A stretch of DNA of 61,838 bases from an uncultured Gammaproteobacteria bacterium (GTDB lineage Bacteria; Patescibacteriota; Patescibacteriia; Buchananbacterales; UBA6539). The stretch is from contig CAZCCC010000003.1 of assembly GCA_964497245.1 (NCBI GenBank), positions 1 through 61,838 of the forward strand, in the 5' to 3' direction. Of this stretch, positions 34,648 through 42,994 are shown piece after piece (within the stretch, counting starts at the first letter, position 1; each line of letters begins with the position of its first letter). The position numbers were made by a program, and so were the translations under genes. The notes beneath the pieces are model-generated. The model saw only the letters and a program-made list of their open reading frames with translations, searched no databases and was not told the DNA's origin.

Positions 34648-35475
34648 TTAACGATCCAGACATTCTCTAATTTTAGGTAAAGCGTCGTTGGCTGCATCTT
34701 CGCCGGTTTTTATTATTTTTTCAACCTGAGAGTGGTCAAAAAATTTATTCCAACCGATTAGTCCTATTTCCGGGACAAATGGTTCTATTATTATATCTGC
34801 CATATCTAAATATTTTTCTGAAAGATAGAAGCGCATTATATTTAATGCTCTGATTGATACTTTAGTTAAAGAAATTTCAGCCGATTTTTTATGGCTATTT
34901 GTTGAATTGCCATTAAATCGTCCGCTGTCTAAATTAACAGCTATTACAATATCGGATCCCATTTTTTTTGCAATATCAGCCGGTACTGGATTGGATAGCC
35001 CCCCGTCAACAAGTATTTTGTCTTCAAATTCAACAGGCTTGAATACTGGAGGGACGGCCGAACTCGCCATGATTGCTGAAATTAAATCACCTTTATTTAG
35101 ATTAATTTTTTTTCCGGTAAATATGTCGGTGGCAATAATTGTTAATGGAATTTTTAGGTCAGAAAAAGTAATATCTGGAAGCCACTGTTTTAGCAATTTT
35201 TTTACTTTTTTTCCTTTAATAATGCCGCCTTTCCATGCCGGATCAAGTAGAGAAAGTGCGTATCTCCAATTGGTTCCAAGTATTATCTCTTCTATCTTTT
35301 CGATATCTCCATAGGCGGCATAGCCTGCTCCGATCAAAGAACCAACACTTGTACCAGCTATAAAATCAATTGGAATATCATTTTTTATTAATGTTTTTAT
35401 AACTCCAATATGGGCGAGCCCTTTAACTCCCCCGCTTCCCAAGGCTAAACCAATTTTTTTTTCATTTTTTTTCAT
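34648..35475 (-). CDS. patatin-like phospholipase
   Basis: Oxyanion GLALGSGGVKG, nucleophile elbow GTSVGS, catalytic Asp in LVDGGLSNPVP. Confidence 0.85.
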   Translation of the reverse strand: MKKNEKKIGLALGSGGVKGLAHIGVIKTLIKNDIPIDFIAGTSVGSLIGAGYAAYGDIEKIEEIILGTNWRYALSLLDPAWKGGIIKGKKVKKLLKQWLPDITFSDLKIPLTIIATDIFTGKKINLNKGDLISAIMASSAVPPVFKPVEFEDKILVDGGLSNPVPADIAKKMGSDIVIAVNLDSGRFNGNSTNSHKKSAEISLTKVSIRALNIMRFYLSEKYLDMADIIIEPFVPEIGLIGWNKFFDHSQVEKIIKTGEDAANDALPKIRECLDR

Positions 35476-35562
35476 AAAGATAATACCTGAATTTTTTCAT
35501 TTTTTTTCATAAAAGTCAATTAGAGGGGTAGTAGTTTTAGCTAAATTTTTTTATTATGAAAT

Positions 35563-35949
35563 TTAAAAATGATCAACTTTTTGGATTTTTATTTTTTTAA
35601 CTCCGGAAGGGAGATCCCATTCTAAAATATCACCGGCACTATAGCCTATTAGGGCGGTTCCAATCGGGGATAAAACTGAAATTTTTCCGGCTTTAACATC
35701 GGCATCTTGAGGTAAAACTATTAAATAAGACATTTCTTTGTCGGAGTCTAAAAATTTAAAAGAAACTTTTGAATTAATGGTAACTATGTCTTTTAATGCT
35801 TCTTTCTGATTAATTATTTCACATTTTTCAAGTTCACTTATCAAATCAGTTATGTACTTTTGATTTTTTAAATCATTATTAATTCCATCCTTTAACATTT
35901 TTGTTAGCTTTTCATAATCAGATTTGGTAATATAAATTTTTTTGGACAT
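35563..35949 (-). CDS. GreA/GreB C-terminal-domain protein (Rnk-like regulator)
   Basis: A short N-terminal coiled region followed by ...GKISVLSPIGTALIGYSAGDILEWDLPSGVKKIKIQKV (Gre C-terminal FKBP-like motif). Confidence 0.65.
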   Translation of the reverse strand: MSKKIYITKSDYEKLTKMLKDGINNDLKNQKYITDLISELEKCEIINQKEALKDIVTINSKVSFKFLDSDKEMSYLIVLPQDADVKAGKISVLSPIGTALIGYSAGDILEWDLPSGVKKIKIQKVDHF

Positions 35950-35962
35950 ATAAATATAAGTT

Positions 35963-35993
35963 AACTAAAAACTGGCCTTTGTTTAGGCCAGTT
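35963..35993 (-). terminator. intrinsic terminator downstream of tRNA-Lys
   Basis: An 8-bp stem AACTGGCC/GGCCAGTT (35970-35993), followed on the minus strand by TTTTAGTT. Confidence 0.5.
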
Positions 35994-36164
35994 CAGTTTA
36001 TTAAATATTTTTACTTAATAAAAACTGGCAGGCCCTGTTTTTGGCCATATTTCAAAGATAAATGAAGAATTGAGTAAAAATTTATACATATTATAGTTTA
36101 TTGTAGCCTTTAATAAAAAAAATATAATCTTCACAATTTAATTAATTAAATTACAATATTATAT

Positions 36165-36240
36165 TGGTGGGTCGTGCAGGGATCGAACCTGCGACCATCA
36201 GCTTAAAAGGCTGCTGCTCTACCGACTGAGCTAACGACCC
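36165..36240 (-). tRNA. tRNA-Lys (anticodon UUU)
   Basis: GGGTCGT-TA-GCTC-AGTCGGT-AGAGC..., anticodon loop CTTTTAA, T-arm GCAGG-TTCGATC-CCTGC, acceptor ACGACCC-A-CCA. The CCA is encoded. Confidence 0.92.
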
Positions 36241-36494
36241 ATATTTGATTATTAATAGCCAATTAATTATATTCCAGCATTTATAATAACAAAATTGATG
36301 ATAGCATAAAATCTATTTTTTTGCAATACTGATTGTTAAAATATTCCAATTTAAATTAGCAATTTAGCTTTATATATACAGTTTATTTTTAATAGCAATT
36401 TGTTACTGGTGGATAAAATGTGGTAAATTGGTACCTTGTGTAGGATGGTTAAATGTAGTAATATATAATAATAATCAACTAAATTTTGATAAAT

Positions 36495-37874
36495 ATGAAT
36501 GATCGTGGCGAAAATTTTGGAAAAATTCCTCCTCAAAATATTGAAATGGAGCAGTCATTACTGGGTAGTCTTTTAATTGATAAAGACGCAATTATCAAAA
36601 TAGCGGATATTATCAACCCGGATGATTTTTATAAAGATAATCATAGACTGATTTTTGAAGCGATGAGATCTCTTTATGAAAAAAGAGAGCCGATAGATTT
36701 ACTGAGCCTCGGTTCAAAACTTCAGGAGCTTGGCAAGCTTGATTCAATTGGAGGACGCAGTTATTTAAGCACCTTAGCCAATTCCGTCCCTACTTCAAGC
36801 CATGTAGTTCATTATGCTAAAACCGTCCAGGAAAAAGCGACTTTAAGACGCTTACTCAAAGCTTCTGCAGAAATTACAGAGCTCGGTTATAAAGAAACCG
36901 AAGAGGTAAATAAACTTTTAGATCAAGCAGAACAAAAACTTTTTTCCGTATCACAAAAATATTTAAAAAGATCGTTTGTTTCAATAAATGATATTCTGAC
37001 TGAAACTTTTGACAGAATTGACGAACTCCACCGCGAGTCAGGTAAACTCAGGGGAATTCCTACATATTTTAATGACTTGGATAATATTTTAGCCGGGTTA
37101 CAGAAATCCGACTTAGTAATATTGGCAGCAAGGCCATCTGTTGGAAAAACCACCTTGGCGCTGGATATTGCCAGGAATGTTGCCATTAAAGCGAAAGAGC
37201 CGGTTGGAATATTTAGTTTGGAAATGTCAAAAGAACAGCTTGTTGACAGACTCCTTTGTTCTGAGGCTGGTGTTGACCTTTGGAAAATGAGGACTGGCAA
37301 GCTTTCCGATCAAGGGGAAAATGATGATTTTACTAAAATTAACAGGGCAATGGGCGCACTTTCAGAAGCAAAAATTTTTATCGATGATTCGGCCAATGCT
37401 AATATTATGGAAATTAGGACAAAGGCCAGGAGGCTTCAGACTGAGCATGGTTTAAGTTTAATAGTTATTGATTATCTTCAACTTATGGAAAGCCATAGTG
37501 GCAGAGAGAATCGCGTCCAAGAGGTCTCTGAAATTTCTAGAAATTTAAAAGCTATTGCCAGAGAGCTTAATATTCCGGTTTTAGCCTTAAGCCAACTTTC
37601 CCGCGGCGTAGAACAGCGCGATAGCCACATTCCCCGTCTAGCTGATTTAAGAGAATCAGGCTCAATTGAGCAAGATGCCGATGTGGTTTTATTTATATAT
37701 CGTGAATCAATTTATCAAAAAGATTTACCACCAGACAAAGCTAATTTGTCAGATATAATAATAGCCAAACATAGAAACGGCCCGACTGGAAAAATTAAAT
37801 TATTTTTTGACGAAAAAAATGTAACTTTTAAAAATGCTGAGAGTAAAATAAAAGACGAAGATATCGTTTTTTAA
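36495..37874 (+). CDS. dnaB: replicative DNA helicase DnaB
   Basis: PPQNIEMEQSLLGSLL (DnaB N-terminal domain), Walker A ARPSVGKTT, and IVIDYLQLM...SRNLKAIARELNIPVLALSQLSRGVEQR. I prefer the ATG at 36495 over the track's TTG at 36486. Confidence 0.92.
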   Translation: MNDRGENFGKIPPQNIEMEQSLLGSLLIDKDAIIKIADIINPDDFYKDNHRLIFEAMRSLYEKREPIDLLSLGSKLQELGKLDSIGGRSYLSTLANSVPTSSHVVHYAKTVQEKATLRRLLKASAEITELGYKETEEVNKLLDQAEQKLFSVSQKYLKRSFVSINDILTETFDRIDELHRESGKLRGIPTYFNDLDNILAGLQKSDLVILAARPSVGKTTLALDIARNVAIKAKEPVGIFSLEMSKEQLVDRLLCSEAGVDLWKMRTGKLSDQGENDDFTKINRAMGALSEAKIFIDDSANANIMEIRTKARRLQTEHGLSLIVIDYLQLMESHSGRENRVQEVSEISRNLKAIARELNIPVLALSQLSRGVEQRDSHIPRLADLRESGSIEQDADVVLFIYRESIYQKDLPPDKANLSDIIIAKHRNGPTGKIKLFFDEKNVTFKNAESKIKDEDIVF

Positions 37875-37877
37875 AAT

Positions 37878-38159
37878 ATGTATAAAAATTCTTCCAATTT
37901 AAAACGGCCCTATCTTTTGCCGCATAGAAAAGAAACAATATCAGATTCTCTTGATTCTTTGCCTTATCATCAGGCAGCAAAAGAGGCAAATAATCCAGGA
38001 ATTGCAGTTGCTTTGTCTTTAGGGACTTTTATAATTGTTATCATAGGGTTAACCCTCTTCTATCTGCATATTGAAATATTATTTATTTTCCTCCCAATAT
38101 CGATTCTAGTTTGGGCTATTATAGTCGCCTTAATATATTCATTTGCCCGAAAAAAATAA
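37878..38159 (+). CDS. small hypothetical membrane protein
   Basis: A 93-aa ORF with two hydrophobic helices. Its stop overlaps the recR ATG (TAATG). Confidence 0.45.
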   Translation: MYKNSSNLKRPYLLPHRKETISDSLDSLPYHQAAKEANNPGIAVALSLGTFIIVIIGLTLFYLHIEILFIFLPISILVWAIIVALIYSFARKK

Positions 38160-38761
38160 TGAATCAATACCCTAATTCGATTAAAAATTTAATTATTAAT
38201 TTTTCCAGATTACCGGGTGTTGGTCCCAGAACTGCAGAAAGGTTGGTTTTTTATTTGTTGAAGCAAAATGAAGACTATTTAGCATCACTTAGCCAGTCTC
38301 TAAAGGAAATCAAAGAAAAAATTACAATATGCTCTGTATGTTATAATTTTTCCGAAATAAATCCCTGCCAAATATGCCAGAATAAAAATCGGAATCAAAG
38401 AGTAATATGTATAGTTTCAAAACCCCAGGATCTCTTTGCTATAGAAAAAACAAACGAATACCAGGGCGTTTATCATGTTTTAGACGGAGTAATTGATCCC
38501 TTGGAAGGAATCACTCCCGATAAACTTAGAATAAAAGAGCTTATTTTTAGGATAAAAAATAATGGAGTTACGGAAGTAATATTAGCATTGAATCTTGATA
38601 TGACCGGGGAGACAACGATTTTATATTTGACAAAATTGCTTAAACAGTTTAAAAATATAAAAATTACCCGCTTAGCTCAAGGCTTGCCAAGTGGAAGCGA
38701 TTTGGAATATAGCGACGAAATAACACTAGGTAATGCCCTTAAAGGCAGAAGAGAAATTTAA
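38159..38761 (+). CDS. recR: recombination protein RecR
   Basis: LIINFSRLPGVGPRTAERLVFYLL (HhH), zinc finger CSVCYNFSEINPCQIC, and a Toprim region. I start at MNQYPNS (38159) rather than the track's extended start. Confidence 0.9.
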   Translation: MNQYPNSIKNLIINFSRLPGVGPRTAERLVFYLLKQNEDYLASLSQSLKEIKEKITICSVCYNFSEINPCQICQNKNRNQRVICIVSKPQDLFAIEKTNEYQGVYHVLDGVIDPLEGITPDKLRIKELIFRIKNNGVTEVILALNLDMTGETTILYLTKLLKQFKNIKITRLAQGLPSGSDLEYSDEITLGNALKGRREI

Positions 38762-38794
38762 TCAAAGAAAAACTAATTAGAAGGAATTTTAACA

Positions 38795-39028
38795 ATGGAT
38801 TTTTTTAGCCCTTTTGTTCTGCAGGTTAAAACCGGGCTACAGGCTTCAGACCGTGCTTTTTTAGCGACTCATTTTTGTTCTAAGCGGAGAGTTGCTGATA
38901 AGCCGCTGATCTGTGCCCCGCCAGAGATAGTCAGTTCGGGAGACAAAAAAAGAAAAGAACCTCCCTATTATGGCCGCTTATTTACCGACAGCAGGCAGTG
39001 CGGCTGCCATATTGATCTGACTATATAA
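38795..39028 (+). other. GC-rich island: either an atypical 77-aa ORF or a structured ncRNA (unassigned)
   Basis: By hand count it is about 46% GC, against about 30% for the flanks. GAAGGAA lies 9 nt before the ATG. There are many local hairpins and a long-range pairing of ATAGTCAG with CTGACTAT. A strong terminator follows. I recognise no protein family. Confidence 0.3.
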
Positions 39029-39066
39029 AAAAGCGCTTAACAGTCTACGTAAGCGCTTCTTTTTTA
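39025..39066. terminator. bidirectional intrinsic terminator (recR side and rplU side)
   Basis: A 9-bp stem AAGCGCTTA/TAAGCGCTT (39031-39058), flanked by an A-run upstream and a T-run downstream. Confidence 0.65.
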
Positions 39067-39086
39067 TCCCAAGTCTAGATAATTGA

Positions 39087-39395
39087 TTATATTTTTTCAA
39101 TTTCAACTTCAGTATATGGTTGCCGATGGCCGATATTTCTTTTATACCTGGTTTTTGATTTATATTTTATAACTGATATTTTCTTTGTTCTTTCTTGCTT
39201 CAATATTTTTGCCGAAACTTTGGTTTTTAATAAAGGCTTGCCAATTTCAACCTTCTCGCCGGATTCATCGGCAACTAAAATAGTGTCAAATTTAATATTT
39301 TCCCCGGCATTTCCTTTTACTTTTTCAATTTTTATTTTGTCTCCGGCCTTAACCAAATATTGTTTTCCCCCAGTTTTTATTACTGCTAAATCCAT
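39087..39395 (-). CDS. rplU: 50S ribosomal protein L21 (bL21)
   Basis: MDLAVIKTGGKQYLVKAGDKIKIEK...KYKSKTRYKRNIGHRQPYTEVEI. I start at 39395 because a promoter lies inside the track's longer ORF. Confidence 0.9.
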   Translation of the reverse strand: MDLAVIKTGGKQYLVKAGDKIKIEKVKGNAGENIKFDTILVADESGEKVEIGKPLLKTKVSAKILKQERTKKISVIKYKSKTRYKRNIGHRQPYTEVEIEKI

Positions 39396-39426
39396 ATGTA
39401 TTATAATTTTTAATAATAACTTTTGT

Positions 39427-39455
39427 ATTCTAGCTTTTATGTTCCAAAAAGTCAA
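39427..39455 (-). promoter_or_regulatory. sigma70-type promoter TTGACT-N17-TAGAAT for rplU
   Basis: The minus strand reads TTGACT (39455-39450), a 17-nt spacer, then TAGAAT (39432-39427). Confidence 0.5.
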
Positions 39456-39460
39456 TACTT

Positions 39461-39485
39461 AAAAAAAAGCAGCTTTAAGGCCGCT
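39461..39485 (-). terminator. intrinsic terminator after the PurF-like gene
   Basis: The minus strand reads AGCGGCcttaaaGCTGCT (one mismatch) followed by T8. Confidence 0.45.
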
Positions 39486-39502
39486 CTAATTTGAATAATT
39501 AA

Positions 39503-40963
39503 TCAAAATATTGTAATGCCTGTCCAGCAAAAAGTGCAAAGCTGGTCTTTCGGCAAGCCAATTGCTTCAATCATATCATCCAGGCGCTGAAATACAAGAG
39601 TCGTTGCTTTTATCTCTACTCGCATTTCTTTCAGCATAAGTGCATATTCTTGGGACAAATGGTCCAAAAAAGGAGAAATATCAATTGTTCCTTCGGTTTT
39701 TTCATCAATAATCCTTTTTTGTATTTTGGCAATTATTTGCCGAGCTATTAATTCTTCATATTTTCTGACCGCCCTAAGATACGGACATGGAAAAAGAAGC
39801 GGCGGACAAGCTATCCGAAAATGTATTTCTTCAGCTCCTGCTTGATGTAAAATTTCAGCCCGTTGGCTGAGTTGGTTGCCTCTGACAATTGAATCATCGC
39901 AAAAAAGCAATCTTTTACCGCTAATCAGTGGTAACACGGGTAAAATTTTCATTGTAGCTACTAATTGCCGAAAAGCCGGATCTTCTGGAATGTAACTGCG
40001 ATTATATGTTGGTGATTTAATTAGCGGTCTAGTAAAGGGAATTCCAGTTTCATTAGAATAACCAATGGCATGGCTTGTACCTGAATCCGGAATACCAGCA
40101 ACTGAATCCGGCTTCACCCAATCTTTTTTAGCCAAGGCTGCACCGCAAGCATAGCGTACCGGTTCAACATTAACATCTTCATAGCTGGCTGCCGGTGAAC
40201 CCGAATATATCCAATTAAAGGCGCAGACTCGGCAATTTTGTTGGCAGCCCAACTGAAGCGTTTTTTCTTCAATTTTTGAAATTTGAACAATTTCTCCAGG
40301 CTTCAAGAACCGAAATTCAGTAAATCCCAAATTAAAGAAGCTTGAAGTCTCAGAAGCAAAAGCTCTAATGCCATTTTCCGCCCGACCCAAAGCCAGTGAA
40401 GATACACCGTAGCGGTCGCGAACACCAATCATTCTTCCATCGGCAAAAATCATTACCATACTGATAGATCCGGTAATTCTCGACCACATATATTGAATTC
40501 CTTCAACTAGATCTTTTTTATCCTCAACCAGACGCAGAATAACTTCAGCAATATTTATTTTGCCATTTTCCCTTAGAGAGAGCAAATGCTTTGTTTTTAA
40601 TTCATCAGCCAATTCATGTAAATTTGGTACCCGTCCGACAGTAGCAATTGCCACATCACCAAATTTGCTTGAGTAAATAAGAGGCTGAGGATCGCGGTCG
40701 GAAATTACTCCCAAGCCCAAATTAATATTAAGGTTTCTCATCTGACAATCATTAAGCATTTGACTGAAATCCGCCCCAAAAACGTGTTTAAATTGAGCAC
40801 CATCCCGTAGGCTGTGTATTTCTCTCATAAAACCCCCGCGATCCTGACAAAAAGCAACGCCAGCAACTTCTGAAGCGAGATGACAGTGATAATCAGTACC
40901 ATAAAAAACCATGCGCATACATTCTTGCGTCGTATGTGCCAAACAACCGAATAAACCGCTCAT
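39503..40963 (-). CDS. amidophosphoribosyltransferase (PurF)-like protein: class II glutamine amidotransferase-like + PRTase domains
   Basis: The N-terminus MSGLFGCLAH aligns to the MCG(I/V)FG Ntn motif with Ser at the Cys position. PRTase region LLFCDDSIVRGNQL, then FRIACPPLLFPCPYL. The gene is noticeably GC-richer than its neighbours. Confidence 0.7.
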   Translation of the reverse strand: MSGLFGCLAHTTQECMRMVFYGTDYHCHLASEVAGVAFCQDRGGFMREIHSLRDGAQFKHVFGADFSQMLNDCQMRNLNINLGLGVISDRDPQPLIYSSKFGDVAIATVGRVPNLHELADELKTKHLLSLRENGKINIAEVILRLVEDKKDLVEGIQYMWSRITGSISMVMIFADGRMIGVRDRYGVSSLALGRAENGIRAFASETSSFFNLGFTEFRFLKPGEIVQISKIEEKTLQLGCQQNCRVCAFNWIYSGSPAASYEDVNVEPVRYACGAALAKKDWVKPDSVAGIPDSGTSHAIGYSNETGIPFTRPLIKSPTYNRSYIPEDPAFRQLVATMKILPVLPLISGKRLLFCDDSIVRGNQLSQRAEILHQAGAEEIHFRIACPPLLFPCPYLRAVRKYEELIARQIIAKIQKRIIDEKTEGTIDISPFLDHLSQEYALMLKEMRVEIKATTLVFQRLDDMIEAIGLPKDQLCTFCWTGITIF

Positions 40964-41063
40964 AGCCGTTCCTTTCTTTTTGTAGTTTGGTTTGTAATTT
41001 TAAAAGGACAAAATCATACCCTCCACCTAAATAGTAAATGATTTGATTTTTTTTAGCAATCCC

Positions 41064-42560
41064 CTATTTAAGAAATTTTGAAGCATAATAATCAACCGGA
41101 GCAAATTCGTCGGTTAGTATTGGAATTTTTTCGTTAATTATTATTTCTTTTTCAAAAAAATATTCAAGCAGTTCCAACTGTTTGGGTGAAGCATTTTTTT
41201 CAAGATCTTGTCTACTGAGCCTTTCTGCCGATTTAGTTGCAATTAGTACAATGTTTTGGGGCTTTTCTATATCTTGTTCACCATGATAACTTGAAGGGAA
41301 TAAGTAAATTTGAGGAAAATACTGGCTTATTGTTTTATATTCAGCCTTAAAAAAAAGCGATTTTTCTCCTTCAAGCGAAGAAATTACATTTAAAACAAAA
41401 ATTCCGTCATCTGTTAAAGAATCATATATTTTTTTTATTGCTTCTTTGGTTGTAAGGTGGAATGGTATGGAATAATATGAAGAAAATGCATCTCCATATA
41501 TTACGCCAAATTTTTCTTCGTTATTATTCAGGAAAATTCTAGCATCTTCATGCCTTATATCCAACCTTTGGTCGTCTTCAAAATTAAAAAATTTTCTGGC
41601 AGTTTCTGTCACTTCCGGATCAATTTCTACAACGGTCATTTTTGAATCAGGATAACGGGCTAAAAAATCTTTTGGTGTTATATAAGCGCCGCCGCCCAAA
41701 GTCAGACCTTTTTTAAAATTTTCTCCGAATAAACTATCCAGCCTATAAAGTTTGGCATAAATAGAAAAAACTTCATCAGAGTCAGTAAAAATTATTGAAT
41801 GAGCTTCTGTCCCGAGAAACATTATTCTGATATTTCTTTGAGTTTTTTCGTGGAAATATTCGCGGACGGTTATATGATTATATGCGCTGTCAGTTTCCAT
41901 TAAAAAATTTTCGTTGCCGGAAATAAACGATGCTGGAATGATAAATGTAACTAAAAAAGAAAATATTAATTTGTTTTTTAATTTTTTTGCTGAAATTACA
42001 GCCAATACAACTAGGGCGATACTTAAACCAATAAGGATTTGAGTTGAAGTAAAATTTGGTATAAGATAAAATCCGGCCATAAATGTGCCAAATATACTTC
42101 CGATTGTTGAAATGGCATATAAATTCCCAGCAGTTGCCCCAGAGCTTTCAACACTTTTAACTTTAAGTCTTATCACATAAGGCGAAATCATTCCTAAAAT
42201 TATGCTGGGCGGAGTAAAAAGTATAATAGTAGCAAATATTGAACCCATTTTTACTCCCATTGTCATTGAAAATTCAAGTATTGGTTCTCTTACTATAATT
42301 AAAGCCAATATAAGCAAGGAGGCAGCAGAGAAAAGATAGCTTAAAAAATAAAGGCGTGGATTATCTTTAGAGAGTTTTCCGCCTAGGTAATAACCCAAAC
42401 TTAAGGCACCGAGAATTATTCCTATTAACGATGACCAAACAAATATTGATGTTCCAAGGTATGGAGCAAATATTCTGGAACCGACCAGCTCTAAAATCAT
42501 TACTATTGTACCGCTGGTAAAGACAATTATTTCCAAGCGGCTAATTTTAATTTTTTTCAT
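41064..42560 (-). CDS. membrane protein with a C-terminal spermidine-synthase-like domain
   Basis: About seven N-terminal TM helices, then LTLGGGAYITPKDF...VVEIDPEVTETARKFF...VIYGDAFSSYYSIPFHLTTKEAIKKIYDSLTDDGIFVLNV. Confidence 0.7.
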   Translation of the reverse strand: MKKIKISRLEIIVFTSGTIVMILELVGSRIFAPYLGTSIFVWSSLIGIILGALSLGYYLGGKLSKDNPRLYFLSYLFSAASLLILALIIVREPILEFSMTMGVKMGSIFATIILFTPPSIILGMISPYVIRLKVKSVESSGATAGNLYAISTIGSIFGTFMAGFYLIPNFTSTQILIGLSIALVVLAVISAKKLKNKLIFSFLVTFIIPASFISGNENFLMETDSAYNHITVREYFHEKTQRNIRIMFLGTEAHSIIFTDSDEVFSIYAKLYRLDSLFGENFKKGLTLGGGAYITPKDFLARYPDSKMTVVEIDPEVTETARKFFNFEDDQRLDIRHEDARIFLNNNEEKFGVIYGDAFSSYYSIPFHLTTKEAIKKIYDSLTDDGIFVLNVISSLEGEKSLFFKAEYKTISQYFPQIYLFPSSYHGEQDIEKPQNIVLIATKSAERLSRQDLEKNASPKQLELLEYFFEKEIIINEKIPILTDEFAPVDYYASKFLK

Positions 42561-42994
42561 TTTTTTAATTTAATATTTAAGTAGTCACCTTTTTTAATAT
42601 TTTTTTTATCAGAAACTCCGGCATTAAGTTCCAAAACATAATTGACTGGTAAAGGAGAATTATATATTATTAGGCCGTTTTCAGCCGAAGGTTTTATATT
42701 TTTTTCAATGCCAACAACTTCTTGATCTTTTATCCAGACAATATCTATCGGGAAAAGCATATCTTTCATCCAAAAACTTCTTATTTGATAGTCTTCAAAT
42801 ACAAACAGCATTCCTTTTTTTTCTGCCAGCTTGGTTCTGCCTGAAAGTCCTTTTTCTATCTCTTCGTCCGAAGTAGAAATCTCAAGTGCTATTTTTTCGT
42901 CGTTTATTATGATATAATCTTTTTTTTCGTAAGAAGCTATACAGCCAGAAAGAAAAAAAATCAAAATCAATAAAAAATTATAATTTCTCTTCAT
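42557..42994 (-). CDS. DUF192 domain protein (lipoprotein-like N-terminus)
   Basis: LSGC lipobox-like signal, then GLSGRTKLAEKKGMLFVFEDYQIRSFWMKDMLFPIDIVWI, typical of DUF192. Confidence 0.7.
   Translation of the reverse strand: MKRNYNFLLILIFFLSGCIASYEKKDYIIINDEKIALEISTSDEEIEKGLSGRTKLAEKKGMLFVFEDYQIRSFWMKDMLFPIDIVWIKDQEVVGIEKNIKPSAENGLIIYNSPLPVNYVLELNAGVSDKKNIKKGDYLNIKLKK

Noticed and set aside
34648-35475. Patatin-like phospholipase as a possible CBASS (CapV-type) defence effector
   Set aside because: No CD-NTase/cyclase, E1/E2/JAB or other CBASS partner is adjacent. The neighbours are a Gre/Rnk-like regulator and an ORF-free spacer. Stand-alone patatins are common housekeeping lipases.
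36351-36536. 61-aa minus-strand ORF between tRNA-Lys and dnaB
   Set aside because: It lies in the AT-rich dnaB promoter region and overlaps the dnaB start. It has no RBS and no motif.
38795-39028. Specific assignment of the GC island as SRP RNA, tmRNA or FMN riboswitch
   Set aside because: By eye I could not find the SRP helix-8 GGAA tetraloop followed by AGCAGCC, a tRNA-like 3' end or tag ORF (tmRNA), or the ordered FMN-element motifs. CCGACAG and GGGAGA occur, but in the wrong order. It is left unassigned pending a covariance-model search.
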